From positions 896,001 through 960,000 of the forward strand of contig CAXXKM010000001.1 of assembly GCA_963664435.2 (NCBI GenBank): DNA of 64,000 bases, in the 5' to 3' direction. The DNA is from Longimicrobiales bacterium (lineage in GTDB: Bacteria; Gemmatimonadota; Gemmatimonadetes; Longimicrobiales; Gaopeijiaceae). Both the position numbers and the translations under genes were made by a program. The notes beneath the pieces are model-generated. The model was not told where the DNA came from. It saw only the letters and a list, made by a program, of their open reading frames with translations, and did not search any database. The number at the start of each line of letters is the position of its first letter. The stretch's first letter is position 1. Below are positions 63,954 through 64,000 of this stretch, one piece after another.

Positions 63954-64000
63954 CGCTTACCATCGCACTCAATCCGATGGCAACACAAACAGGGTAACGG

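Overview
High-GC bacterial DNA, densely coding. The gene mix (SusC/SusD pair, TonB-dependent receptors with carboxypeptidase-regulatory-like N-termini, S9/M24 peptidases, a VPS10/BNR protein, FN3 and Cache autotransporters) resembles Gemmatimonadota, possibly a host- or sponge-associated lineage; that is inference only. About 39 CDSs are supported, and I saw no rRNA, tRNA or CRISPR array. The standout is 17.5-19.9 kb. An AraC-like double-HTH gene overlaps by 4 nt a TnpB derivative that lacks the RuvC-I Asp, the lid segment and the whole Zn-finger/RuvC-III region. Its 3' end still carries a well-paired omega-RNA-like scaffold, and no transposase lies next to it. This looks like a domesticated, nuclease-dead RNA-guided regulator (TldR-like) paired with an AraC-like factor. 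The cassette is divergent from a sigma-54 promoter that drives a 1552-aa surface lipoprotein and an FN3 autotransporter. I found no guide target within the window. Secondary points: a Cache-domain autotransporter, a HicB-like/MNT plus HEPN toxin-antitoxin module with an operator and 13-bp flanking direct repeats, a barrel-less double-plug SusC derivative, twin promoters, an exported triple-RidA protein, an NCS2 permease with a degenerate HATPase-like tail, and a DnaA-box cluster. All calls come from reading motifs by eye; no searches were run.
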